Part shown: piece by piece, positions 9,920-19,413 of the stretch
Numbering within the stretch: position 1 is the stretch's first letter
How the letters are laid out: every line of letters starts with the position of its first letter
NCBI GenBank assembly: GCA_965140785.1
Contig: OZ223485.1
Span: 1 to 40,860 of the forward strand
DNA from: an uncultured Ruficoccus sp.
GTDB taxonomy: Bacteria; Verrucomicrobiota; Verrucomicrobiia; Opitutales; Cerasicoccaceae
Length of the DNA: 40,860 nucleotides
Direction: 5' to 3'
Position numbers and translations under genes: made by a program
Notes under the pieces: model-generated
Database searches by the model: none
Told to the model about the DNA's origin: nothing
What the model saw: only the letters and a program-made list of their open reading frames with translations

Positions 9920-12900
9920 ATGTATCTCCGCGAACTCGTTATTAACGGCTTTAAAAGCTTTGCCGACCGCACGCGGGTCCAGCTCGACAAGGGCGTGACC
10001 TGTATCGTGGGGCCCAACGGCTGTGGCAAGAGCAACATCGTGGATGCCATCCGCTGGGTGCTCGGCGAGCAGTCCGCCAAGGCCATGCGCGGCACGAAGA
10101 TGCTCGACGTGATCTTTCAGGGCACCGACCGGCGCAAGCCGTTGCCCTCCTGCGAGGTCTCGCTCGTGTTCTCCGATTGCGAGGCCGAGCTGGGGACGCG
10201 CTTCAATGAGGTTGAAATCACCCGCCGCGTGGACCGCGAGGGCGGCGGGGACTACTTCATCAACGGCAAGCGCTGCCGCTTGAAAGACATTCATAACCTC
10301 TTCATGGACACCGGAGTGGGGCGCGCCAGCTACTCCTTCATGATGCAGGGGCAGATCGACCAGATTCTTTCGACCAACCCGCAGGAGCGCCGCACGATCT
10401 TCGAGGAGGCCGCCGGGATCACCCGCTACAAGGCCCAGCGCAAGGAGGCCCTGAACAAGCTCGCCCTCGTTGACCAGAACCTTTCCCGCGTCACCGACGT
10501 GATCGAGGAGGTGGGCCGCCAGATCGGCTCCCTCAAGCGCCAGGCCAGCAAGGCCCTGCGCTACCAGCGCATCAAGCACCGCCTGACCCACCTCGACCTG
10601 GCCTACAACACCCACCAGTACGCCGTGCGCAAGGCCGCCGTGGCCGATGTGGAGAAAAAGGCCGAGCAGCTGCGCTCCGACGTCAGCCGCCTCTCCGCCC
10701 ACCTGGGCGAGGCCGAGTCTGGGCTGGAGGGCCAGCGGGCCGAGCGGGCCGAGCTTTTCAGCGCCCTTCAGGAGGCCCAGCAGGCCGTTTCCGACCTGCG
10801 CTCGGAGATGGAAAACGCCGCCAACCAGGCCGAGTTCGCCGAGGTGCGCATCGGGGACGTCTCCAAGCGCATTGAGGAGATCGAAGCCGAAGTCGGCGGC
10901 ATGGAAAAGCAGCGCGAGGATTTCGACGAGAAGGCCGTCGTGACCGAGCAGGACAAGCAGGCCGCGCTCAACCTCATGGGCACCTCCGACGAGGCCTTCC
11001 GCGAGCGCAACGAAGCCTTTCAGGGCCTCTGGCCCGCCTGCGCGACTCCGAGCAGAAGCTGGAGGACCTCAAGCGCGACCTCCTGGTCAAGGAAGGGGCG
11101 CTGACCCGTCTGCGTTCCCAGTGCACCACGCTGGAGGTCGATCTAAAAACCTTTCAGGTCAAGCACGGCGACCTCAGCGACGGCCTTTACCAGGCCCGTG
11201 AGCAGGGCGAGATGCTCACCGCCCGCCGTGACGAGACCGCGCGGGTGATGGAGGAGCGCGAACGCCAGGCCGAGGAGGCCGCCACCCAGGTCTCCGCGTC
11301 CCAGGCCGAGGTCCAGCGCCTGCGCGGCGAGTTCCGCGAGCTCCAGCAGGCGATCCAGGAAATGGACCGCACGGTGGCCCGCCAGAGCGCCCGCCTGACC
11401 ACGCTGGAGGATCTCCAGAAGCGCTTCGAGGGCTTCTCCGCCGGGGCCAAGGCCATCCTGCAGGGCAAGCTCGACGAGGTCGTTCCGCGCAATGAATTTC
11501 ACCCCCTGACCGCCCTGCTCGACATCGACGAGGGCTACGCCGCCGGAATCGAGGACCCTTCTGGGCGGCTCCGCCGACGCCGTTGTCCTGCACGATAAGT
11601 CCCGCGCCGCCGAGGTCCTGGCCGCGCTGGAGGAGCGCAAGCTCGGGCGCGTCTGCCTCCAGGTCGAGACCGCGGTCCCGGGCACCGCCAACGAGGGCTT
11701 GCCCCAGTGGCTCATCCCCGCGCACAACGTGGCCCGGGGGCGCGACGAGTCCGCCACGCAGTTGGTGGCGAACTTCCTCGAAGGCTGCTACCTGTGCGGA
11801 GAACCTGGGCGAGTTCCTGAATTTCTGGCGTGAGCGCCCGGACTTTGATTTCACCCTCGTGGCCACGCAGGCCGGGGAGTTGATCGACCGGCGCGGGCTG
11901 GTCTTCGGTGGCGGCCCGCGCAAGGGGCAGCAGGAGGAGAGCTTTATCCAGCGCGTGGCCCACATCAAGCGCCTGCGCACCCAGATCGCCGAGGACAACG
12001 AAAAGCTCACCCAGCTCAACGAGCGGGCCATGCAGCTTCAGTCCGACATGGACGCCGCCGACCAGGCGGTCGAGGACAACCGCAAGCGCGAGAACGAAAT
12101 CCGCCAGGAGCTCTCCAGCCTCAAGGCCGAGCTTCGCGCCGCCGAGCAGTCGCTTAACGAAAACGCCAGCGCTGTCAACCGCCAGCCAAGCAACTCGAAG
12201 AGCTGGAGGCCAACCGCGAGGACGCCGAGAAAAAGCTCAGGACGGCCGGGACAGCCTGGAAGGAGCCGAGTCCGCCTGAGCGAGCAGCGCGAGAAAATTT
12301 CCCAGACTGAGAGCGACCTCCAACACATGCGCACCGAGCGCGACGCCCACCAGGAGGGCCTGGCCGAGGTTCGCCTGGAGCTGGCCGAGAAGCGCCAGCG
12401 CCTGGAGTTGCTCGACCGCGGCCTGACCGAGGCCCGTTCCCAGGTGCGCCAACTGGAGGAGCGCCTGCTGCGCCCGCCGCCAGGAGGCCGACACCCTGCG
12501 CGGCCAAGTGGCCGAGCTGGAGGAAAATGCAAAAGTCCAGCGCGCCCGTGCCACCGAGATCGAGCGAACCCTCGCCGTCACTTCCGAACTCTTCAGAGCA
12601 AGCGCGAGGCGCTTAACACGGTGGAGGCCACTATCCGCGAGGCCGAGAATTCCCTCGGGGGCGAGCGCAGCGAATTGCGCGAAAAGGAGAGCGCTCTCAA
12701 CGCCTGTGAGGTCAAGATGGCCGAGGAGCGTTCGCAGACCAATTTCCTCGCCGACAAGGTCATGACCGAGTACGAGCGCGACATCCAGTACATTGACTGG
12801 AAGCAGGAACTCTGGGCCGCCGACGAGAAGTTCGAAACCCGCCTCAAGCTCGACGACATCGACGAGGACGAGGCCTCGTGGCCAAGTCCAAGGGCGAGCG

Positions 12901-13639
12901 TGGCGAGCCCACCGCCGAGGACTTCGCCGCCATGGACGAGACCGACTGGTCGAGCGTGGAGGACGAGATTCGCGACCTGCGCACCCGCATCCACTCGCTG
13001 GGCGCGGTCAACCTCGTCGCCATCGAGGAGTACGCCGAGCTCAAGGAGCGCTACGACTTCCTCAACTCCCAGAGCGAAGACCTGTGGAAGTCCAAGGAGG
13101 AACTGCTCAAGGCCATTGACGAGATCAACGAGACTTCCCAGAAGATGTTCTCGGATACCTTCGAGCAGATTCGCAAAAACTTTAAGTTCACGTTTGAGAA
13201 GCTCTTCGGCGGCGGCGTGGCCGACCTCTCGCTGATCGAGGCCGAGGACATCCTCGACTCCGGCATCGAGATCACCGCCCGCCCCCCCGGCACGAAGTTA
13301 AAGACCCTCTCGCTCCTCTCCGGGGGCCAGCGCACCATGACCGCGGTCGGGCTGCTCTTCGCCATTTACATGGTCAAGCCCAGCCCCTTCGCCGTGCTCG
13401 ACGAGCTGGACGCCCCGCTCGACGACGCCAACATCGGGCGCTTCGTGGACATCTTGAAGCAGTTCACGCGTTACTCGCAGTTCCTCGTCGTCACGCACAA
13501 CAAGCGCACCGTCTCTTCTGCCAACTCCATCTATGGCGTTACCATGCAGGAGCGCGGCGTCACCCGCCTCGTCTCCATGCGCTTCAACGCCGAGACCGAG
13601 GAAGCGATCGAGGTCGAGGAAGCCGGCGCCGGCATCTAG
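9920..13639 (+). CDS. smc: Chromosome segregation protein SMC (about nine apparent single-base indels between ~11025 and ~12875)
   Basis: N-head GFKSFAD, Walker A GPNGCGKSNIVDAIRWVLGEQS, Q-loop QGQID, FEEAAGITRY; long coiled coils; C-head LGAVNLVAIEEY, signature LSGGQR, Walker B/D-loop FAVLDELDAPLDDAN, VVTHNK, YGVTMQERGV. Confidence 0.96.
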
Positions 13640-13668
13640 CCAGGGCCGGGTTACACCCGGAGGGTAAG

Positions 13669-13688
13669 GAGGGGCTGCGCCCCTACGC
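13669..13688 (-). repeat. GTAG-type REP-like palindrome
   Basis: Minus strand reads GCGTAGGGGCGCAGCCCCTC, 30 bp after the smc stop; matches the copy at 9818. Confidence 0.5.
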
Positions 13689-13869
13689 GGCCACAAAGGC
13701 CGCTACCGGGGGTTAATTGGGCGAGCATAATCAGGCTCTGCCCCGTCGGCGCCAGAAAGGCGCCTGCCCCGGCGTTGCCGTCTGGGTGGACATGCTGGAT
13801 TCGCTGTTTGCTATTCAGGCGGAATAAAATTGCCGTTGGCTGCTCTCAACTCATTCCTGTAACGAAAAA

Positions 13870-14355
13870 ATGAATACGATTCACATCCGCCCCGCCCACC
13901 CCGAAGATGAGCCCGCGCTCTGGGAAATTTTCCATCGCGTGGTCGCCGGGGGCGACACTTACGTCTTTCCGCCGGACTCGGACCGGGAGCTGTTTCGGGC
14001 GCACTGGATGCACTACGCGCCGTTCGTGGCGGAGATCGCGGGGGAGATTGTCGGCACCTGCATCATCAAGCCCGTGCAGATGGGGCTCGGCTCACATATC
14101 GCCAACGGCTCGTACATGGTGCACCCCGATCACCACGGTCAGGGCATTGGGCGGGCGTTGGGCGAGTTCTCGCTCAAGCACAGCCGTGAGCAGGGTTATC
14201 GGGCGATCCAGTTCAATATCGTCGTCTCGACCAATGAGCCCGCCGTCGCCCTCTGGACAAAGCTCGGCTTCCGCGTCATCGGGCGCTGCCCCGGCGCTTT
14301 CCGGCATTCCCGTCTCGGCTACGTGGACACGCTCGTCATGTATCAAGAGCTGTGA
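13870..14355 (+). CDS. GNAT-family N-acetyltransferase
   Basis: IRPA.., HIANGSYMVHPDHHGQGIGRALG (acetyl-CoA motif A), QFNIVVSTNEPAVALWTKLGF, PGAFRH. Confidence 0.92.
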   Translation: MNTIHIRPAHPEDEPALWEIFHRVVAGGDTYVFPPDSDRELFRAHWMHYAPFVAEIAGEIVGTCIIKPVQMGLGSHIANGSYMVHPDHHGQGIGRALGEFSLKHSREQGYRAIQFNIVVSTNEPAVALWTKLGFRVIGRCPGAFRHSRLGYVDTLVMYQEL

Positions 14356-14566
14356 GCGGCAGGACAGAGTCCTACACCTGTGATCCTTCGGATTACTGAT
14401 GACTCTGCTATGGCGGAGCCATGAGCAACGGCGGTTGACGTCAAGGCAAGCGAACTACGGTCGCTTCACCGTCGAGGTATCAAACCTTGCAGGCAAATCG
14501 GGATCGGGGGTAAGCGTCTGCCATCCCGTCGCGCTATAAGTCTCTCGCCCCGCGCCCTTCCTGTCT

Positions 14567-14842
14567 CTAGAGCACTTTCGCTTTAATCTGTCGCACTCGG
14601 CTGAGCTGATTTTAAGTTCTGGCAAGGCTCTTTCAATGGACTTGGGCTGGAAGCCCTGGCCCCTTGAAAGGAACGCCGCCAAGCTTAAAATCAGCCAGTC
14701 CATTCGGATGGGGTCTGTCTTGCGGCTCGCGGCGTTGGCTGGGGGACTTACGGGCTTCCAGCCCGCTACGCTCCCAGCCGCCTGCCGAGCCTTCAAGACA
14801 GTTCCCCACTGAGTGCGACAGATTAAAGCGAAAGTGCTCTAG
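14567..14842. mobile_element. MITE-like element, 268 bp, with perfect 28-bp terminal inverted repeats between CTAG tetramers
   Basis: CTAG(14567-70)-AGCACTTTCGCTTTAATCTGTCGCACTC(14571-98) ... GAGTGCGACAGATTAAAGCGAAAGTGCT(14811-38)-CTAG(14839-42); no credible internal ORF; two long internal hairpins. Confidence 0.85.
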
Positions 14843-14909
14843 ACAGAAATGCGCATGCTGCGATGGTTCCTCACCTTCTCTCTCGGCAGCCTGCTCTTCG
14901 TGTTGCTGG

Positions 14910-14938
14910 CTGTGTTCATCCGTGAAATCCGTGGTTAA
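14910..14938. repeat. Solo arm of the 9-bp-periodic ...GTGGTTAA repeat family
   Basis: CTGTGTTCATCCGTGAAATCCGTGGTTAA aligns with CTGTGTTC-TCTGTGCCCTCTGTGGTTAA at 34088-34115. Confidence 0.6.
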
Positions 14939-14967
14939 TCAAGATTCCCGCCTCAAACCAACCGCCT

Positions 14968-16566
14968 CTACAGCCACGCCAGCAGGATAAAAATCCCCAC
15001 TCCGTAGGCGGCGAGGGTGAGGTAGTAGGGCATCCATTGTTTGTGGTCCAGGCCGGACTCTTTACCGAAGGAGACGACATTGCCCTCCAGGTGCCCGGAG
15101 GAGGGGCGGGCACCGGCCAGGCTGACGCCGGTGCCGACGAGCCAGGTGGCGGCCAGCCCGGTCACGTTCCACCACAGAAAGGACACATTCGTCGCGAAAA
15201 CCCACAGCGCGGCGTTGACGGCCAGCCCGGCGATGAGCCCGCTGATCGCGCCGGTGCTGTTGATTCGGCGGCAGAGCATGCCCATGGTGAAGATGCCCAG
15301 CAGCGGGCCGTTCATGAGCGAGGAGACCATGTTGATGGCGACGAGAATCGACTGGGCCAGATTTTCCACGAAGAAGGAAAAGCCCAAGCACAGCATGCCC
15401 CAGAACAGCGTGGTCAGCTTCGACCAGATGAGCATGGCCCGCGGCGAGAGTTCCTCCTGGCTGAACCGCTCGACGAAGTCCTGCATTGTCACCGCGCTCA
15501 TGGAGTTCAGCGTCGAGTCGAGCGAGGACATGGCGGCGGCGAACAGCCCCACCATGACCAGCCCTATCATCCCGTGGGGAAAGTGCAGGGTGACGAAGGC
15601 CGGCACGGCCAGGTCGTAGCGGGGGTTGCCGTCAGGCCCGATCAGTTGCGAGATAAACTCCGGGTGCAGCACAGCGTAGGCCCCGATCGCCACGCCCAGA
15701 AAGCAATAGCTGGCCACCAGCGGGAAGCGCAAGAGCCCGCCGATGAACAGGGCGAGGTTGGTCTCGCGGATGTTGCGGGTGGACAGGCTGCGCTGGGCCT
15801 GGGTCTGGTCGCAGCCGTAGTAAGCGAGGTAGAGAAAGAAGCCGCCGACGAACATCGGCCAGAAGGCAAAGGGATGCCCCTCGCTCAGCCCGAAGTCCCC
15901 GAGCTGGAGCGCGGCGGTACGGGCTTCAGGAAAATGCGTCCAGGTGGCGGCGAAGCCACCGTTCAGGTACACGGCCATGCCGAGGGCGGCCAGAATGGAG
16001 CCCCACAGGATGATGATCTGGATCACGTCCGAGACGATGACGGCTTTCATCCCGCCGAGCATGTCGTACACGGCGGTGACGACCCCCAGCACCACGGCTG
16101 CCAGCCACAGATTAATCCCCGTGGTCAGATGCACGACCAGCGCCGCTCCATAGACCGTCACCCCGGTGGCAAAGGCCCGCAGCAGCAGAAAGGTCGCGCT
16201 CACCAGCAGCCGGGTTTTTAAGGAGAAGCGTTTCTCCAGGTAGGCGTAGATCGAGACCAGCCCGAGGCTGCGCAGCTTGGGCATGAGAAAAGCCATCAGC
16301 CCGATCATGGCAAAGGGCACAGCCAGCTCGTTCTGGAGCCAGACCAGCCCGCCCCCGGCGACGAAGGCCACGGTCGCGGGCGCGCCCAGCAGGCTGTTGG
16401 TCGAGCACTGCGTGGCCATGGTGGACAGGGCGATGGGCAGCGGGCCGGTGTCGTTACCGCCCAGGTAGTAGTCCTTCTGGTTGCGCTGGCGCAGGGAGAG
16501 CCAGGCGCTCAGGCCGATCATCCCCACGAGGTACAGAACGATGATGGACCAATCAAGGGCGTTCAT
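14968..16566 (-). CDS. Sodium:solute symporter (SSS/SLC5) family transporter
   Basis: 532 aa, many TM helices; DYYLGG, LSTMATQCS, SIYAYLEKRF, GGMKAVIVSDVIQ, YYGCDQTQAQR, FAAAMSSLDSTLNS. Substrate not determinable. Confidence 0.94.
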   Translation of the reverse strand: MNALDWSIIVLYLVGMIGLSAWLSLRQRNQKDYYLGGNDTGPLPIALSTMATQCSTNSLLGAPATVAFVAGGGLVWLQNELAVPFAMIGLMAFLMPKLRSLGLVSIYAYLEKRFSLKTRLLVSATFLLLRAFATGVTVYGAALVVHLTTGINLWLAAVVLGVVTAVYDMLGGMKAVIVSDVIQIIILWGSILAALGMAVYLNGGFAATWTHFPEARTAALQLGDFGLSEGHPFAFWPMFVGGFFLYLAYYGCDQTQAQRSLSTRNIRETNLALFIGGLLRFPLVASYCFLGVAIGAYAVLHPEFISQLIGPDGNPRYDLAVPAFVTLHFPHGMIGLVMVGLFAAAMSSLDSTLNSMSAVTMQDFVERFSQEELSPRAMLIWSKLTTLFWGMLCLGFSFFVENLAQSILVAINMVSSLMNGPLLGIFTMGMLCRRINSTGAISGLIAGLAVNAALWVFATNVSFLWWNVTGLAATWLVGTGVSLAGARPSSGHLEGNVVSFGKESGLDHKQWMPYYLTLAAYGVGIFILLAWL

Positions 16567-16780
16567 GGGGCAGGGCTAGCAAAGCTTTTCCCCAATGGCG
16601 AAACAAACTTTTTGTCTCCGTCCATGATGGGCGAACGGAGCGAGAGGGGGGGAGGGGATTGATTAGGAGTTCTAACGGTCTTTAGTAGTATATAGAATTT
16701 TGCTCAATTGCTTTATTCATCCTTGTTACAGCGTAGCTGATGGCGGATACTGGCCTCAGCCTTTTCCCACTGTTGCTTGC

Positions 16781-17254
16781 ATGGATACCTCTTCGTTTTT
16801 TGCAGGATCGCTTCCCATGATTATTATGGCCGCCGCCTCTGTCGGCCTCTTTGCCATCATCCTGTTTTCCGATCCGGTCAACCACGACAAAAGCACCCTT
16901 GGTCGGCCTTGTCCGCCTGCGGGAAAGGGCTGCGAGGGACCGCAGGTTTCCTATTTGGAGGCTCCGAGGCTCCCTTCCCATCTGGGCTATTGGGGCATCC
17001 AGGCCGAGGCGGTGATGGAGTTCACGGTGGGAAAGACGGGCAAGGCTTCCCGGATCCGCATGGTGCGGACCACCCACATGGAAATCGTGCACTCGTGCAA
17101 GGAAGCGGTCCGCCGGGCGACATTCCTGCCCGCCCGCAATCGCCAGGGCGAGGCTGTGGAGTCCCGGATGATCCTGCCGATCTGTCCGGTTCCCCCCGCT
17201 TCGCTCCGGGATAAAAAGTCCCCGGCTCCCTCGCAACTCGCCAATGTCGGCTAA
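16781..17254 (+). CDS. Short TonB C-terminal-domain protein (energy transducer-like)
   Basis: One N-terminal TM (MIIMAAASVGLFAIILF), then GIQAEAVMEFTVGKTGKASRIRMV..AVRRATFLPAR..GEAVESRMILPI, the TonB_C pattern. Start uncertain (ORF open from 16700). Confidence 0.75.
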   Translation: MDTSSFFAGSLPMIIMAAASVGLFAIILFSDPVNHDKSTLGRPCPPAGKGCEGPQVSYLEAPRLPSHLGYWGIQAEAVMEFTVGKTGKASRIRMVRTTHMEIVHSCKEAVRRATFLPARNRQGEAVESRMILPICPVPPASLRDKKSPAPSQLANVG

Positions 17255-17266
17255 AGCGAAGGTGTT

Positions 17267-17433
17267 CTAGGCTGTGTCTTCAAATTATCTCAAGTCGCCC
17301 ACTCGGTCGGATTTTGGCCCGTATTTCATTTCCTCGGCTCGACAAATCTGGATTTGCCTCACCTCGAAAGCGAAAATACGTTCTCAAAACCAACCTTCGC
17401 GGACTCGTTCCGTAATTTGAAGACACATCCTAG
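17267..17433. mobile_element. MITE-like element, 167 bp including CTAG ends
   Basis: CTAGGCTGTGTCTTCAAATTA (17267-87) versus TAATTTGAAGACACATCCTAG (17413-33): 20/21 inverted match; internal palindrome centred on CAAATC-TG-GATTTG (17343-56). Confidence 0.8.
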
Positions 17434-17530
17434 TTCCCCTCCGGGCTGGAAGTGATGAATCCCGGCGGCAGTTTTTTTCTGCCTAGACAATTCGTGTTTG
17501 CCGGGCTATCTCTCGCTCTTTTTGCGAGCG

Positions 17531-18397
17531 ATGAAAATCTATATCAACGGCAAGTATTACGACCGGGACGAAGCGAAGATTTCGGTCTTCGATCATGGCT
17601 TCCTCTATGGGGACGGCATTTTCGAAGGCATCCGCGTATACGAGGACAACGTTTTCAAGCTCGACGAACACCTCAAGCGCCTCGAGTACTCGGCCAAGGC
17701 GATCATGCTGAACCTGCCCTGGACCCGCGCGGAAATCTCCGAGGCGGTTTGTGAAACCTGCCGCAAAAGCGGCGTGACCGACGGCTACATCCGCCTCATC
17801 GTCACCCGCGGGGCCGGTGCCCTGGGCCTCTCGCCCAAGACCTGCCGCGATCCGCAGTTGATCATCATCGCCGACCAGATCGAGCTCTACCCGCAGGAAA
17901 TTTACGAGAAGGGCCTCCGGGTCATCACCTCGGCCACGCGCCGGATGGGTCCGGCCGCGCTGCCGCCGATGATCAAGAGCCTGAACTATCTCAACAACAT
18001 CTTGGCTAAGATCGAGGCCGGCAACCTCGGCTTTGCCGAGGCCATCATGCTCAACAACGAGGGCTATGTGGCCGAGTGCACCGGAGACAACCTCTTCGTC
18101 CTGCAAGGCGGCAAGCTCTTCACCCCGCCGGTTTCGGCCGGCTCGCTGACCGGGATCACCCGCGGGACCGTGCTGGAAATCGCCGCCGAACTCGACGTGC
18201 CGGTGGTCGAGGCCATGCTCACCCGCTACGACCTGTGGGTGGCCGAGGAGATGTTCCTGACCGGCTCGGCCGCCGAGATCATCGGCGTGATCGAGGTCGA
18301 TCACCGCAAGATCGGCGACGGTACCCCCGGCCCGCTGACGGACAAGTTCCTCGCCGCCTTCCGCGCCCGCGCCTCCAAGGATGGCACGAAGCTGTAA
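17531..18397 (+). CDS. ilvE: Branched-chain amino acid aminotransferase (PLP fold type IV)
   Basis: ISVFDHGFLYGDGIFEGIRVY, HLKRL, YIRLIVTRG, IKSLNYLNNILAK (PLP lysine), VAECTGDNLF, LTGITR, EMFLTGSAAE. Confidence 0.95.
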   Translation: MKIYINGKYYDRDEAKISVFDHGFLYGDGIFEGIRVYEDNVFKLDEHLKRLEYSAKAIMLNLPWTRAEISEAVCETCRKSGVTDGYIRLIVTRGAGALGLSPKTCRDPQLIIIADQIELYPQEIYEKGLRVITSATRRMGPAALPPMIKSLNYLNNILAKIEAGNLGFAEAIMLNNEGYVAECTGDNLFVLQGGKLFTPPVSAGSLTGITRGTVLEIAAELDVPVVEAMLTRYDLWVAEEMFLTGSAAEIIGVIEVDHRKIGDGTPGPLTDKFLAAFRARASKDGTKL

Positions 18398-18420
18398 AAC
18401 TTCCCGGATACGTCTTTTTG

Positions 18421-18456
18421 ACTCCCCGGTGCCATAGCGGCTCGGGGAGTTTTTTT
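18421..18456 (+). terminator. Probable Rho-independent terminator after ilvE
   Basis: ACTCCCCG ... CGGGGAGT stem followed by a T run, 24 bp after the stop codon. Confidence 0.6.
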
Positions 18457-18533
18457 ATCATAGCAGGAAGGCAGCGGCACTTGTAACCCTCCGGGGGCTT
18501 GCCGGGCTGACATTTTGCGTTAAAACTGTGTCC

Positions 18534-19403
18534 ATGCGTGTCCCCTTTTATTGGTCCAAGGTTGAGTATTCCCGCACCTTCTCCTCCCCCGCAGCCCAGA
18601 TCAAATGCAGTTGCTGGGGCTGGTCGGATGTGAGTGAGGAGGAGGCCCGCGCTCATGCTCAGGAGCGCGCCCGGCGTGCCCAGTTGGGGCAGGGGAAAAA
18701 CCGCAGCTTGGGCTCCGACGACTATGACCTTTACCAGGAAAGACCGCTGCGTGAACCCGTGATGGAACGGTTGTATCAGCCGGAAGGCGAACAGTTTGCT
18801 GCGATTACGCGCAACCGCTACGGTTCTCTCGTCCTCAATACGGCTCGGGTAATGTTTGTTGATGTGGACCTGCCGAAAAAGAAGAGCGGCTTTTTGGCCT
18901 TTTTTTCACGCCAAAAGCGTGAGGCGGAGCGCTTGGCTCGGCATGAGAAGGTCATCACTCGCATTGTGGACTGGTCGCAATCTCACCCGGACCATGCCTT
19001 CCGCCTCTACCAGACGGCGGCTGGCTATCGCTTACTCTTTACGAGCCGCCTGTACGAACCGCTGAGCGAAGAGGTGGATCGGATTTTTCGGGGCCTGGGG
19101 GCGGATTCGCTTTACCGCCTGCTGACGAGTAAACAGGCGTGTTTTCGGGCGAGGATTTCGCCCAAGTACTGGCGTCTGCCGAATATGTTGCGGTACGCTC
19201 CACCGCATTTTGACCGGGACCTGTACCTGTCAGCTTCTCAAGAGTGGATCGATCGGTATGATCAGGATTGTGGCGGCTACCGGGTGTGCACCTTGACCGA
19301 GACATTCGGCCCGCCGCATGAGATGCTGCCTGAAGTGGCTGCTGTGGTAGCTCTGCACGACCAGCGCACGGGCTGTGAGCAGGAGAATGCCCAGTTGGCC
19401 TGA
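18534..19403 (+). CDS. Hypothetical protein with DxD motif (possible primase-like fold)
   Basis: 289-aa ORF (GTG at 18528 is an alternative start), less GC-biased codons than neighbours; motifs WGWSD, ITRNRYG, VMFVDVD, RLYQTAAGYRLL, ADSLY, CFRARISPK. Confidence 0.75.
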   Translation: MRVPFYWSKVEYSRTFSSPAAQIKCSCWGWSDVSEEEARAHAQERARRAQLGQGKNRSLGSDDYDLYQERPLREPVMERLYQPEGEQFAAITRNRYGSLVLNTARVMFVDVDLPKKKSGFLAFFSRQKREAERLARHEKVITRIVDWSQSHPDHAFRLYQTAAGYRLLFTSRLYEPLSEEVDRIFRGLGADSLYRLLTSKQACFRARISPKYWRLPNMLRYAPPHFDRDLYLSASQEWIDRYDQDCGGYRVCTLTETFGPPHEMLPEVAAVVALHDQRTGCEQENAQLA

Positions 19404-19413
19404 GCCAGCCGAA

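Noticed and set aside
9920..13639. smc (and proC, folD, pyrE, metG) as pseudogenes or programmed frameshift genes
   Set aside because: Many breaks in both directions in short homopolymers, no consistent slippery heptamer, intact catalytic motifs, and some of the genes are normally essential. Sequencing error is more parsimonious.
14360..14420. Fluoride-riboswitch-like layout (CAGAGTC...hairpin...CTGATGACTCTG); CTGATGA also recalls a hammerhead core
   Set aside because: The conserved GAUG and CUAC elements are missing, P1 is weak and no gene follows on this strand. The hammerhead GAAA after stem II is absent. An Rfam cmscan would settle it.
14567..17433. Composite transposon carrying the SSS symporter and TonB-like gene between the two MITEs
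   Set aside because: The two elements have unrelated terminal repeats and share only the CTAG tetramer; the symporter has host-like codon usage.
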